A stretch of DNA of 43,787 nucleotides from Caecitellus pseudoparvulus (lineage: Eukaryota > Protista > Bigyra: Bicosoecida). Below the pieces are notes generated by a model. That model was not told the DNA's origin. It saw only the letters and a list, made by a program, of their open reading frames with translations, and did no database searches. This document shows positions 9,137-18,881 of this stretch, piece after piece (position 1 is the first letter of the stretch; every line of letters starts with the position of its first letter). A program made the translations under genes and the position numbers. The stretch covers positions 1 to 43,787 of the forward strand of contig CBFFRQ010000199.1 of the NCBI GenBank assembly GCA_965644315.1, written 5' to 3'.

Positions 9137-10612
9137 TCATCCACGATGTGCACTCCGCAGCATCACCACCCCCCTCCGCCCCCGCCGTGTGCTGGTGCCG
9201 GCCCACACGGCATCCTTGGCTGGCTGCACGGCCACCTGTCCAGCATCAACGCGTGCCTGCAGGGGAATGGCCCGATGGCCAGTGAGGCCCAGCAGCTCGC
9301 ACAGCACGGCAGCATTGGGCTGCATGCACGCTCCTTGGAAGGCAGCATCGGGTCCACTTCCATCGTCGGCGTGCACGTCAATGGCGCGAGGACCAGTGAG
9401 GGCCAGCAGGTCACGCACTACGTCCACATGGCCGTTGCTGCAGGCATACCGAAGGCCGGCCTCAGGCCCTAAGGCGTCTCGGGCGTGAACATCCACTGTC
9501 CGGTCTCCTGCCAATTGCAAGAGCTCACGCACGACTTCCCTATGGCCACACGCGCAGGCCAGTCTGAAGGCATGCTCGCCGCCTGCATGCACATCCACTG
9601 CCCTGTCACCGACCAGCGCCAGGAGCTCGCGCACCACATCCACATGACCTCGCGAACAAGCCCATCGGAAGCCAGACTCAGTGCCGCCTGCATCCGCAGC
9701 ATGGACATCCACTGATCGTGCACCCGAGAGGGTCAGTAGCTCGCGCACAACCTCCAAGTGGCCTTGTTTGCAGGCGGCCCGAAGCGCAGCCTCCGGCCAA
9801 CCGCCGACAGCAACGTGCACATCAACTTCCCGATCACCTGACAGTGATAACAACATGCGCACAGTACCGGTATGCCCACTTTCACAAGCCAAGACAAAGG
9901 CAGGCGTATCGTCGGCCCCGTCGTGCGCGTGGACATCTACTCTCCTCTGCCCCTCAAGCGCCAGCAGCTCTCGCACAACTTCCTCACGCCCTCTGCGACA
10001 TGCCGCTCGCAGAGCAACTTCACACTGTGCGTGCACATTCAGTGCACGGTCACCGTCCAGCGCTAGAAGCACACGGACGACACCCAAGTGGCCTTGCTGG
10101 CAAGCAACCACAAGCCCAGCCTCAGGTACGTCCCCACTCTTGGCATGAACATCCACCGCACGGTCACCAGTCAGAGCAAGCAACTCGCGCACAACTTCCA
10201 CATGTCCATTGGCACAGGCCCAACGAAAGCCAGCCTCAGGCCCATCCCCATCTGGCGCGTGCACATCGATGGTGCGCGAGCCCCGCAACGAAAGCAGCTC
10301 CCGCACCACACCCACGTGACCATTGGCGCACGCCCACCCAAAAGCAGCTACCGGGCTGAAATCACCTTGACTATGAACATCCACTGCCTGGCTGCCGCCC
10401 AGCGCGAGCAGCTCACGCACGAGCGCCTCGTGCCCAACACGACACGCCACCACAAAGCCAGCAGTCGTCTCTGCACTTGATAGCACCTCCACAGCACTCC
10501 CGCGGCATACTCCGTCGCCACACAGCATATGCACCAGTGCTTCAGCATCATCACCCTCACACGCAGCACGCCAGCGAGCCGCATACCCGGCCGCACCTGC
10601 CTCAGCCGCCAT
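9137..10612 (-). CDS. ankyrin-like repeat protein, copy C (491 aa, 11 repeats)
   Basis: Intact ORF with 34-38 aa ankyrin-like repeats; near-identical to copy B. Confidence 0.85.
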   Translation of the reverse strand: MAAEAGAAGYAARWRAACEGDDAEALVHMLCGDGVCRGSAVEVLSSAETTAGFVVACRVGHEALVRELLALGGSQAVDVHSQGDFSPVAAFGWACANGHVGVVRELLSLRGSRTIDVHAPDGDGPEAGFRWACANGHVEVVRELLALTGDRAVDVHAKSGDVPEAGLVVACQQGHLGVVRVLLALDGDRALNVHAQCEVALRAACRRGREEVVRELLALEGQRRVDVHAHDGADDTPAFVLACESGHTGTVRMLLSLSGDREVDVHVAVGGWPEAALRAACKQGHLEVVRELLTLSGARSVDVHAADAGGTESGFRWACSRGHVDVVRELLALVGDRAVDVHAGGEHAFRLACACGHREVVRELLQLAGDRTVDVHARDALGPEAGLRYACSNGHVDVVRDLLALTGPRAIDVHADDGSGPDAAFQGACMQPNAAVLCELLGLTGHRAIPLQARVDAGQVAVQPAKDAVWAGTSTRRGRRGVVMLRSAHRG

Positions 10613-10776
10613 AGCGTGGTGGCTCAGATTCCGCACCCACCCCTCCCTCTGCGACGCCAACCGCACCAGCAAGGCCGAAACCTGCACACCCAGCATGCCT
10701 TCCACCACACAATGCTAGATGCAACTGAATTGTGCCGCTGTCAATGCCCCCCTCACACCACGCCAAGCCACCCCCT

Positions 10777-12252
10777 TCATCCACGATGTGCACTCCGCAG
10801 CATCACCACCCCCCTCCGCCCCCGCCGTGTGCTGGTGCCGGCCCACACGGCATCCTTGGCTGGCTGCACGGCCACCTGTCCAGCATCAACGCGTGCCTGC
10901 AGAGGGATGGCCCGATGGCCAGTGAGGCCCAGCAGCTCGCACAGCACGGCAGCATTGGGCTGCATGCACGCTCCTCGAAAAGCAGCATCGGGTCCACTTC
11001 CATCGTCGGCGTGCACGTCAATGGCGCGAGGACCAGTGAGGGCCAGTAGGTCACGCACCACGTCCACATGACCGTTGCTGCAGGCATACCGAAAGCCAGC
11101 CTCAGGCCCTAAGGCGTCTCGGGCGTGAACATCCACTGTCCGGTCTCCTGCCAATTGCAAGAGCTCACGCACGACTTCCCTATGGCCACACGCACAGGCC
11201 AGTCTGAAGGCATGCTCGCCGCCTGCATGCACATCCACTGCCCTGTCACCGACCAGCGCTAGCATTTCTCGCGCCACATCCACGTGACCACGCGAACAAG
11301 CCCATCGAAAGCCAGACTCAGTGCCGCCTGCATCCGCAGCATGGACATCCACTGATCGTGCACCCGAGAGGGTCAGTAGCTCGCGCACAACCTCCAAGTG
11401 GCCTTGTTTGCAGGCGGCCCGAAGCGCTGCCTCCGGCCAACCGCCGACAGCAACGTGCACATCAACTTCCCGATCACCTGACAGTGATAACAACATGCGC
11501 ACAGTACCGGTATGCCCACTTTCACAAGCCAAGACAAAGGCAGGCGTATCGTCGGCCCCGTCGTGCGCGTGGACATCTACTCTCCTCTGCCCCTCAAGCG
11601 CCAGCAGCTCTCGCACAACTTCCTCACGCCCTCTGCGACATGCCACTCGCAGAGCAACTTCACACTGTGCGTGCACATTCAGTGCACGGTCACCGTCCAG
11701 CGCTAGAAGCACACGGACGACACCCAAGTGGCCTTGCTGGCAAGCAACCACAAGCCCAGCCTCAGGTACGTCCCCACTCTTGGCATGAACATCCACCGCA
11801 CGGTCACCAGTCAGAGCAAGCAACTCGCGCACAACTTCCACATGTCCATTGGCACAGGCCCAACGAAAGCCAGCCTCAGGCCCATCCCCATCTGGCGCGT
11901 GCACATCGATGGTGCGCGGGCCCCGCAACGAAAGCAGCTCCCGCACCACACCCACGTGACCATTGGCGCACGCCCACCCAAAAGCAGCTACCGGGTTGAA
12001 ATCACCTTGACTATGAACATCCACTGCCTGACTGCCGCCCAGCGCGAGCAGCTCACGCACGAGCGCCTCGTGCCCAACACGACACGCCACCACAAAGCCA
12101 GCAGTCGTCTCTGCACCTGACAGCACCTCCACAGCACTCCCGCAGCATACTCCGTCGCCACACAGCATGTGCATCAGTGCTTCAGCATCATCACCCTCAC
12201 ACGCAGCACGCCAGCGAGCCGCATACCCGGCCGCACCTGCCTCAGCCGCCAT
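10777..12252 (-). CDS. ankyrin-like repeat protein, copy B (491 aa, 11 repeats)
   Basis: Intact ORF; differs from copy C by a few substitutions (e.g. VAREML versus VVRELL, AFRG versus AFQG). Confidence 0.85.
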   Translation of the reverse strand: MAAEAGAAGYAARWRAACEGDDAEALMHMLCGDGVCCGSAVEVLSGAETTAGFVVACRVGHEALVRELLALGGSQAVDVHSQGDFNPVAAFGWACANGHVGVVRELLSLRGPRTIDVHAPDGDGPEAGFRWACANGHVEVVRELLALTGDRAVDVHAKSGDVPEAGLVVACQQGHLGVVRVLLALDGDRALNVHAQCEVALRVACRRGREEVVRELLALEGQRRVDVHAHDGADDTPAFVLACESGHTGTVRMLLSLSGDREVDVHVAVGGWPEAALRAACKQGHLEVVRELLTLSGARSVDVHAADAGGTESGFRWACSRGHVDVAREMLALVGDRAVDVHAGGEHAFRLACACGHREVVRELLQLAGDRTVDVHARDALGPEAGFRYACSNGHVDVVRDLLALTGPRAIDVHADDGSGPDAAFRGACMQPNAAVLCELLGLTGHRAIPLQARVDAGQVAVQPAKDAVWAGTSTRRGRRGVVMLRSAHRG

Positions 12253-12416
12253 GGCGTGGTGGCTCAGATTCCGCACCCACCCCTCCCTCTGCGACGCCAA
12301 CCGCACCAGCAAGGCCGAAACCTGCACACCCAGCATGCCTTCCACCACACAATGCTAGATGCAACTGAATTGTGCCGCTGTCAATGCCCCCTCACACCAC
12401 GCCAAGCCACCCCCCT

Positions 12417-13982
12417 TCATCCACGATGTGCACTCCGCAGCATCACCACCCCCCTCCGCCCCCGCCGTGTGCTGGTGCCGGCCCACGCGGCATCCTTGGC
12501 TGGCTGCACGGCCACCTGTCCAGCATCAACGCGTGCCTGTAGGGGAATGGCCCGATGGCCAGTGAGGCCCAGCAGCTCGCACAGCACGGCAGCATTGGGC
12601 TGCATGCACGCTCCCTGGAAGGCAGCATCGGGTCCACTTCCATCGTCGGCGTGCACATCAATGGCGCGAGGACCAGTGAGGGCCAGCAAGTCACGCACCA
12701 CGTCCACATGACCTGCCCAGCATGCGGCGATAAAGGCTGTTTCGTCTGCCGCATGCACATCCACTGCTCTCTCCCCGGAAAGACGCAACAGCTCCCGCAC
12801 AATGTCTCCGTGACCTTCAAAGCATGCCTCTACAAACCCTGAGATTTCAGTGGCATTTACATCTACCGCTCTGTCACCGCTCAGCGCCAGGAGCTCGCGC
12901 ACCACGTGAATGTGCCCTTTTTGACAAGCCAAGCGGAATGCAGCCTCCGGACCGCTAACATCACTTCGGTGTACATCCAGCCCCCTCTCAGGCGGGAGCG
13001 CCAACAACTCACGCACAACACCCACCTTCCCGTTGCGACATGCCAGCCGAAAGGCCGCCCCGGGGCCCAGCCAGTCGCGCGCACTCACATTCACCTCCTG
13101 GTGCCCCTCAAGTCCCAGAAGCAGTCGGACGACAGGAACATGGCCACGGGAACACGCGCTCCGCAAAGCATACCCGTCCACGGCATTCACATCCACATAC
13201 CGCCCCCCCTTGTGTGCAAGCAAGGCTGCCACAACATCTGCGTGGCCATGCTCGCACGCTTTTCGAAAAGCGGCCTCCGGGCCATCTTTGTCTTCGGCAT
13301 GTACGTTCATCTCCCGGTCGCCTTCAAGGGCAAGCAGGGTGAGGACGACAGGTACGCTTCCGGATGCGCATGCTCCCCGAAATGCAGCCTCGGGCCCACC
13401 AATAGAAGGTGCATGCACATCCACTCGACGGCAGCCCTCCAGGGCTAGCAGCTCTCGCACCACAGCAATGTGCCCGTGGGCGCATGCCCAGAAGAAGGCC
13501 CCCTCACACTTTGCATGCACATCCACCCACCGGTCACCATCCAAACTGAGCATCTCACGCACGATTTCGAGGTGGCCGTTCGCGCAGGCGCACCGGAAGC
13601 TCGCTTCAGGCCCGTACGCGTCTCCCGCGTTGACGTCAACAGCGCGATGATCAGTCAACAACAACAACTCACGTACCACGCTCAGGTGCCCGTACCGACA
13701 CGCCTCGCGGAACCCAGCCTCGGTGCCTAAGATGTCCTTTGCATGTACATCCACTTCATGGCCCCCCTCCAGTGCCAGTAGTTCACGCACTAGCCCAACA
13801 TGGCCAATCCGACAAGCCACCACAAAGCCAGCCGTCGTCTCTGCACGTGACAGGCCGGCCAAAGCACTTCCACAACGCTGACCACCAGGATGGAGCATGT
13901 CCATGAGAGAATAAACATCCATCTCTTCACATGCTGCCTGCCACTTCGCTAATTTAACGGTGGCTGCGGCTCCTGATGCCAT
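12417..13982 (-). CDS. ankyrin-like repeat protein, copy A (521 aa, 12 repeats)
   Basis: Same repeat consensus. The last ~98 aa are near-identical to B/C; the remainder is diverged. Confidence 0.85.
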   Translation of the reverse strand: MASGAAATVKLAKWQAACEEMDVYSLMDMLHPGGQRCGSALAGLSRAETTAGFVVACRIGHVGLVRELLALEGGHEVDVHAKDILGTEAGFREACRYGHLSVVRELLLLTDHRAVDVNAGDAYGPEASFRCACANGHLEIVREMLSLDGDRWVDVHAKCEGAFFWACAHGHIAVVRELLALEGCRRVDVHAPSIGGPEAAFRGACASGSVPVVLTLLALEGDREMNVHAEDKDGPEAAFRKACEHGHADVVAALLAHKGGRYVDVNAVDGYALRSACSRGHVPVVRLLLGLEGHQEVNVSARDWLGPGAAFRLACRNGKVGVVRELLALPPERGLDVHRSDVSGPEAAFRLACQKGHIHVVRELLALSGDRAVDVNATEISGFVEACFEGHGDIVRELLRLSGERAVDVHAADETAFIAACWAGHVDVVRDLLALTGPRAIDVHADDGSGPDAAFQGACMQPNAAVLCELLGLTGHRAIPLQARVDAGQVAVQPAKDAAWAGTSTRRGRRGVVMLRSAHRG

Positions 13983-14442
13983 GGCGTGGTGGCTCAGATT
14001 CCGCAGCGCCGCACAGTCACAGGCGCGTGCCCCAGTTGGGGGAAGGGGTGCAGAGAAAGCTTACAACTCTAAAACGTTGATATACACTGCGATGAACAAC
14101 CGAGCCTGGAAGGTCACATTAGGGTTTCAAGTCGGGGCGAGAGGATAATTGGTGAATTCCTTCAACGTGCTCGGAGTGCCGGGTTTGCTGCTTGGCTCTC
14201 AAGTGAACAGGGCATGACAGTGGGGTCTTCCAAAGAACGCGCACTTCGAGCGAAAAGAGCTACTCAGTCTCTCGTGCGTGCCTGGCTCCGAATTCGCAAC
14301 CATCCATCACGGAGATAGCAGCACCTGCCACCAACTTCACCCGAGGCTGTGGGCGCGGGAACCACTTTCACCCTACAAAGCCACTGTCTGTGCCCACCCA
14401 GTGGCATGCAGGGTAATAGTCCTTTACACACTCAATATTTGT

Positions 14443-17265
14443 TTAATCAGATGCTCGGACCGAGTTCAGCGCCAGTCTCCCCACGAATGTGAGCACCGGC
14501 AGCGCAGCGGCTCCCATCAAACTGTAGGCATACGTCGCGGAGAGGGTGATGGTAATTGCTGAGGAATCAAAGAGGGGCAACTTAATACCCTTGTAGCGGG
14601 AACCCCACGACTCTGCGACGGCAGCCGCGTACAGGATGGCCTGCATGCGGTGCCCTGCTTGCTGGCGCTCTTGGCGGGTAAGTTCCCATCCATTGCTGCT
14701 TGCTGCCGTGGCAGGACTTGCAGCTTGGCCGGACGCGGCATGAAGTGGGTTCGCATGGTGTGCTACTAGTTCCCCAATACGTACAAGGTTGTGTTTCAAC
14801 TTGCGAAACTCTGCCACGGCATCTTGCGACGTGCGGAGCAGGAATCCTGACAGAGCATGCACGTCGCGGCCTGCCAGTGCCCGTGTGCGCATGAGCTCGA
14901 TGGCCCCCGAAATGACGTTGTCTAGGCTCAACAGCGGCACGAAGAGCATACCCGAAACCCAAAAGTAAAGCACTGTGATGATGGCTAACGTCCAAAGCGC
15001 GGGGTTTTCCAGAAGGTTGCCGGCTGCGTTCTCTTCCAAGGTGCGGTTTAGAATGACCCAGAGAGTCAGAAAGCCCCCAGTTCCCAGACTGGCCAAACTG
15101 TAGGCAAACACCACAGCCCCATGGTGCCCCCCTACTTCTCGCTTGATGACCTCCACGAGGAACCAGAGGGAGGCAGACCACTGCGCCACTTCAGCAGGCT
15201 CCGTGACGTTGACTCTAGAAACGTCAAGCAGTTGTTTGGCAAGCTCATGAAGTCGTGCGAGAGTGCTGAGAGAGTTGTCCATGGTCGTCACTGTGCGCAG
15301 AGCGGCGAGCGTCGAGAGGACAAGGCCAGAGTACACAATGTACTGCCCGTCGCGTGAGGGGTTGCCGGTGAACGACCCGCCATGCACGAGCCGGTGAAGG
15401 CCCGGGGCAACAAAGCAGCACACGAGCATGAGCATGATGAGCCACAGCATCCACGGGCGACACACTACAGAGTGGTCGTCCCCTGGAATGCGCAGGTTGC
15501 GATCGTAGCAACCGATGCAGGCGCAGTTGCACCGTCCTCGATGTGGTTGGCAGCAGTGCAGCGGGCAAATGCACGAATGTTTCAGTTTTTGGTTCTGAAG
15601 GTGGCCATCAATGGCAATGGCAAGAATGTTCTTTTCCATCATATTCAGCCCAACGCGTGCTTTGTCCGTCGTGTCACACTGAGCTGCTAGGTTCGCAATG
15701 TTGACGGCCGAGTCCAGCATGGAGGGACTTGGCTGCACGCTTAGGACAAACGAAACGTCCACCATAGACATAGCCTTGGTGTCTGCTCGGCCACCCATGG
15801 CATCGGCCATAATTCTGGCGGTCCTCCGGTTGGAGGGGTGCTCCCAAGGCAGGGTGCAGAAGCGATTGCCGCGCTGTTTCGGGTCCTTGTCGACTTCATC
15901 CGTTTCATGCTCATCAACGACGCCTGTTCGGGCCAGTTCGATTCGTCCAGCTTCTCCGGCGCTCGAGCTTTCCACAAGCTTCTGGTATACCTCCTCCAGC
16001 TTCCCCTTCAGCACCGCCTCCAGGAAGGCAAGCTCTTGCCCCCGACCACAGCACCTGGCGCAAGCATTGAAACGCGAGCCGAGTGCCCCCATCCGATTCA
16101 TGGCGAAGCTTAAGAGCTTGTACATGCCTGTAAGGGCCGGCAGGGCCGCGATGAAGGGCAGCACGATGACCTCCTCGGCGCGGATGCCGAACGCCTCTGT
16201 GCTTGGCATTGCGAAAAGGAGCAGATTCGCCCCACCCACGACACAGCCTGCTAAGATGAAAAGGGCCAGGAAAAGGATCACCAGCAGACTCATGAGAGAG
16301 ACGTGCGTTGCACGGCCGCCCATACAGCATCCGTTCTCCGATCTCCTTAGAGCAGTGCGTTGGTTGTGTACGTCAACGCTGTTCCCATACAGCGTCATGG
16401 CAGCGAGCAGAAGTGACAAGGACGTCGGCAGCACCATGGCTACAGCGATTTGAGGGGAGCCACCTGCTCCTCCGCAACGCAAGGACCCCCCAGCAACACC
16501 TGTTGCTGCGCAGGTCAGCACGACTCCTTCGAGTGCTATCGCGCCAATGAGAACTGCAACCATGGCAATCAAGCACAGGACCTTGAGGCGCACGCCGCAA
16601 AACCCCGACCTTGTGCGATTCGGGCTGCTTTCTCCCTTTGGGTCTGATGAAATTGTCAGGAACGCAACCCAGTGCACAATGGCGGTGGTGGTCAGGGCTG
16701 TCACGGCGCGAAACGTCGAGTGCTGCGCGTCAAGACAGCTGTTCGACATGAGGCAGGGCAGGTCCTGCACCAGGAGCCCGACGAAGCCGCCCCCTGTCAG
16801 TATCAAGAGCAAGCCCACCCCCATGTTCGCCACCCCTCGGCGGCAGGCTGTCTTGGCCGTCACGCCAGGGTACACGCTGCAGCACACGCCGCACAGCGAT
16901 GCGGCTGCCACAAGAAAAAGGTTGGCAAGAATGACACCCTGCAGGGAACCCTCATCGTCGCCTCGCCCGCCAGAAGCTTCAATGCAAGACATGATGGCTG
17001 CTGCACGCTCGGCACTCTTGGGGTCGCCACTTGCAACAGCGTTGGTGCGGGTAAGTGCGTCGACCTGGTTCTGGCACAAGTACCCGACAGACACGTTTCG
17101 AACGCCCCACGCAGCGAGCGCCATCACAACCAGCAGCAGGAAGCACAGACAAGCTGCCGAGTGTGTCTCGCCTGCTGTACTTCTTGGGGCCTGTCCACTG
17201 CCAGTCGGTGCTCCTGCCATGCTGTGGCTTCGCTGCCGCCGTGTGCCATGGCGTTGCTGCACCAT
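14443..17265 (-). CDS. multi-pass membrane protein (~13 TM, 940 aa, intronless); C-terminal 7 TM possibly PHTF/7TMIC-like
   Basis: About 13 hydrophobic segments by eye: 8 N-terminal, a ~220-aa Cys-rich loop, then 5 more separated by long helical loops. Confidence 0.7.
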   Translation of the reverse strand: MVQQRHGTRRQRSHSMAGAPTGSGQAPRSTAGETHSAACLCFLLLVVMALAAWGVRNVSVGYLCQNQVDALTRTNAVASGDPKSAERAAAIMSCIEASGGRGDDEGSLQGVILANLFLVAAASLCGVCCSVYPGVTAKTACRRGVANMGVGLLLILTGGGFVGLLVQDLPCLMSNSCLDAQHSTFRAVTALTTTAIVHWVAFLTISSDPKGESSPNRTRSGFCGVRLKVLCLIAMVAVLIGAIALEGVVLTCAATGVAGGSLRCGGAGGSPQIAVAMVLPTSLSLLLAAMTLYGNSVDVHNQRTALRRSENGCCMGGRATHVSLMSLLVILFLALFILAGCVVGGANLLLFAMPSTEAFGIRAEEVIVLPFIAALPALTGMYKLLSFAMNRMGALGSRFNACARCCGRGQELAFLEAVLKGKLEEVYQKLVESSSAGEAGRIELARTGVVDEHETDEVDKDPKQRGNRFCTLPWEHPSNRRTARIMADAMGGRADTKAMSMVDVSFVLSVQPSPSMLDSAVNIANLAAQCDTTDKARVGLNMMEKNILAIAIDGHLQNQKLKHSCICPLHCCQPHRGRCNCACIGCYDRNLRIPGDDHSVVCRPWMLWLIMLMLVCCFVAPGLHRLVHGGSFTGNPSRDGQYIVYSGLVLSTLAALRTVTTMDNSLSTLARLHELAKQLLDVSRVNVTEPAEVAQWSASLWFLVEVIKREVGGHHGAVVFAYSLASLGTGGFLTLWVILNRTLEENAAGNLLENPALWTLAIITVLYFWVSGMLFVPLLSLDNVISGAIELMRTRALAGRDVHALSGFLLRTSQDAVAEFRKLKHNLVRIGELVAHHANPLHAASGQAASPATAASSNGWELTRQERQQAGHRMQAILYAAAVAESWGSRYKGIKLPLFDSSAITITLSATYAYSLMGAAALPVLTFVGRLALNSVRASD

Positions 17266-17909
17266 CTCTCACTTTGGTGTTGACCAGACTGCACTGTCAA
17301 AACTGAGCGAGGGTGTGGCCAGTCACGAGAAAGGTTCTGCTCGTCTGCATGCACTTGTCATCAGCTTCCTCTGTCCAGTGGGTGGCAGTGTAGATGGAAT
17401 GTGGGCTTGGCTGGGGGATTATGGAGGTTGGGCTCGCGCCTTGCCAGGTGGGGAACCGCTGCAGGTACCGCATTCCTGACCATAACAGGTAGACAAAGCA
17501 TTCCAAAGAAGAAATTGTCATGTCTTGCGCCGACTCGGAGCCACTCCACCCTGATCAGCCAGCTTGCAAATGTAGGTGCGGCGAGCGCAGGCGTGAGGCA
17601 GCCTGCGCTCTGGCCCGCGCAGTGACACGAGCGCAGGTACATCAAAGCCAATGCCATGCACACTAGCTCACTGGCATGGCGTGGGGTCTTCGCCTAGCTC
17701 ACACAGGCCGAGCAGGCTGATCCTGTTGCAATGAGGTTGGCAACTGTGACCTGCTCCCCCAACATGTAAGAACCACGAAATCCACGCGAGCGACACACCA
17801 CAGCGGCCACATTAATCACACACTCACCTATCCGGCCGCTTATTTTCCCCCCACCCTACAGGCACGTGCTCTGCGCCTTCCTTCCAATTCGGGCGAGGAC
17901 TGGTGCACC

Positions 17910-18796
17910 ATGGCTGCCGGCTCTGCATCTCTGGGCCTTGCCCTGGGCAGTGTGGGGGATATCTCCAGCCGGAAGCCGTTCGAAAACACCGTCATTTCCA
18001 TATGTGACTGCAGCGCCGCTCCAGGGCTGCTGCTGGCGCTGCAGTGCTTGGCCATGGCGTTGCGAGGAGGTGCGGAAACTGCTTCGCCCTCCAACGCCTT
18101 GCCCTCTTCTCGCACCAGCACGTGGGGCCCTCCCACCTGCAGGCCAGCACTGCGTGATTGTCACAGCTGTGCATGCTGTCAAGGGCTTGCAGGCCAAGCT
18201 GAAGCGTCTGGTGCGTGCTCGACAGCTCGGGCTGCAGGTCCGTCACATGCTCCGTGCCTCCCCGTACCCACACCCGAAGTCACCCCCGCACCTCGCAGGG
18301 GGTCGGCCCGCTGGCCGTGCAAGAGCCAACGCTACACATCGTGCAGTTGTCTGCCCTGCGGCCTGCAGGGGATAGTGAGGCTCTGAGCCCGCTAGGCGCC
18401 GTGCAGCGGGCTGTGGCGGAGTGTACAGGCCAGGGCGCCCCACCGCCAGCCGTGTGGTTTGTGGACCTGCCTGAGGCTGCCTTGGCGAGTTCGATTGGTG
18501 GAGATGCAGGGGGTGTGGCAGACGCGTGGGACTGGTGCGTTGGTGGTGTGGGAACGGGTGAGGTTGGAGTCGCAGGTGCGCTGGTGCACTCTGACGTGCC
18601 GGGGTGGCACCTGCACTCTGCGTGTGAGAACTGCGACTGGCAGTTCAACCTGGCGCCGCTGACCAGTGGCTACAGCACCGCAGTGTCTGGGCACATGAAA
18701 GTGAAGGTGCTTCGAGGGCGCGGCGTAGCTTGTGAGGAGCTGCTGTACCACGAAACAGACAAAGGCGTGACGACCCGCCTGCCAGGGACAGGCTGA
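17910..18796 (+). CDS. ELP6: Elongator complex subunit 6 (241 aa); introns 18070-18142 and 18211-18298
   Basis: The spliced product has CVIVTAVHAVKGLQAKLKRLGV, AVWFVDLPE and the ELP6-like C-terminus CDWQFNLAPLTSGYSTAVSGHMKV..ELLYHETDKGV. Canonical GT-AG introns restore the frame. Confidence 0.7.
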
Positions 18797-18881
18797 GGCA
18801 AGCTAAATTGCAATGTAGAGCACGGGCGGGGCGCTGTGGTGTCCTCCTCAGCTGCATTGTGGTGTGTGTCTGGGGGGGGGT

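Larger units (their letters stand above)
8740..12713. repeat. tandem duplication, period 1640 bp, about 2.4 near-identical copies
   Basis: Sequence at 8741, 10381 and 12021 aligns exactly 1640 bp apart. Identity ends at 12713/11073. An extra matching patch lies at 8620-8685 versus 10260-10325. Confidence 0.95.

Noticed and set aside
9137-12348. ORF-track N-termini MVEGMLGVQ... for the ankyrin genes (starts 9068, 10708, 12348)
   Set aside because: These are GTG starts in a eukaryote. Homology with copy A and the shared leader point to the MAAEAG ATG.
8740-12713. CRISPR-like or DGR-like interpretation of the repeats
   Set aside because: The repeats are protein-coding, there is no repeat-spacer structure, no reverse transcriptase is present, and no adenine-specific variation is evident.
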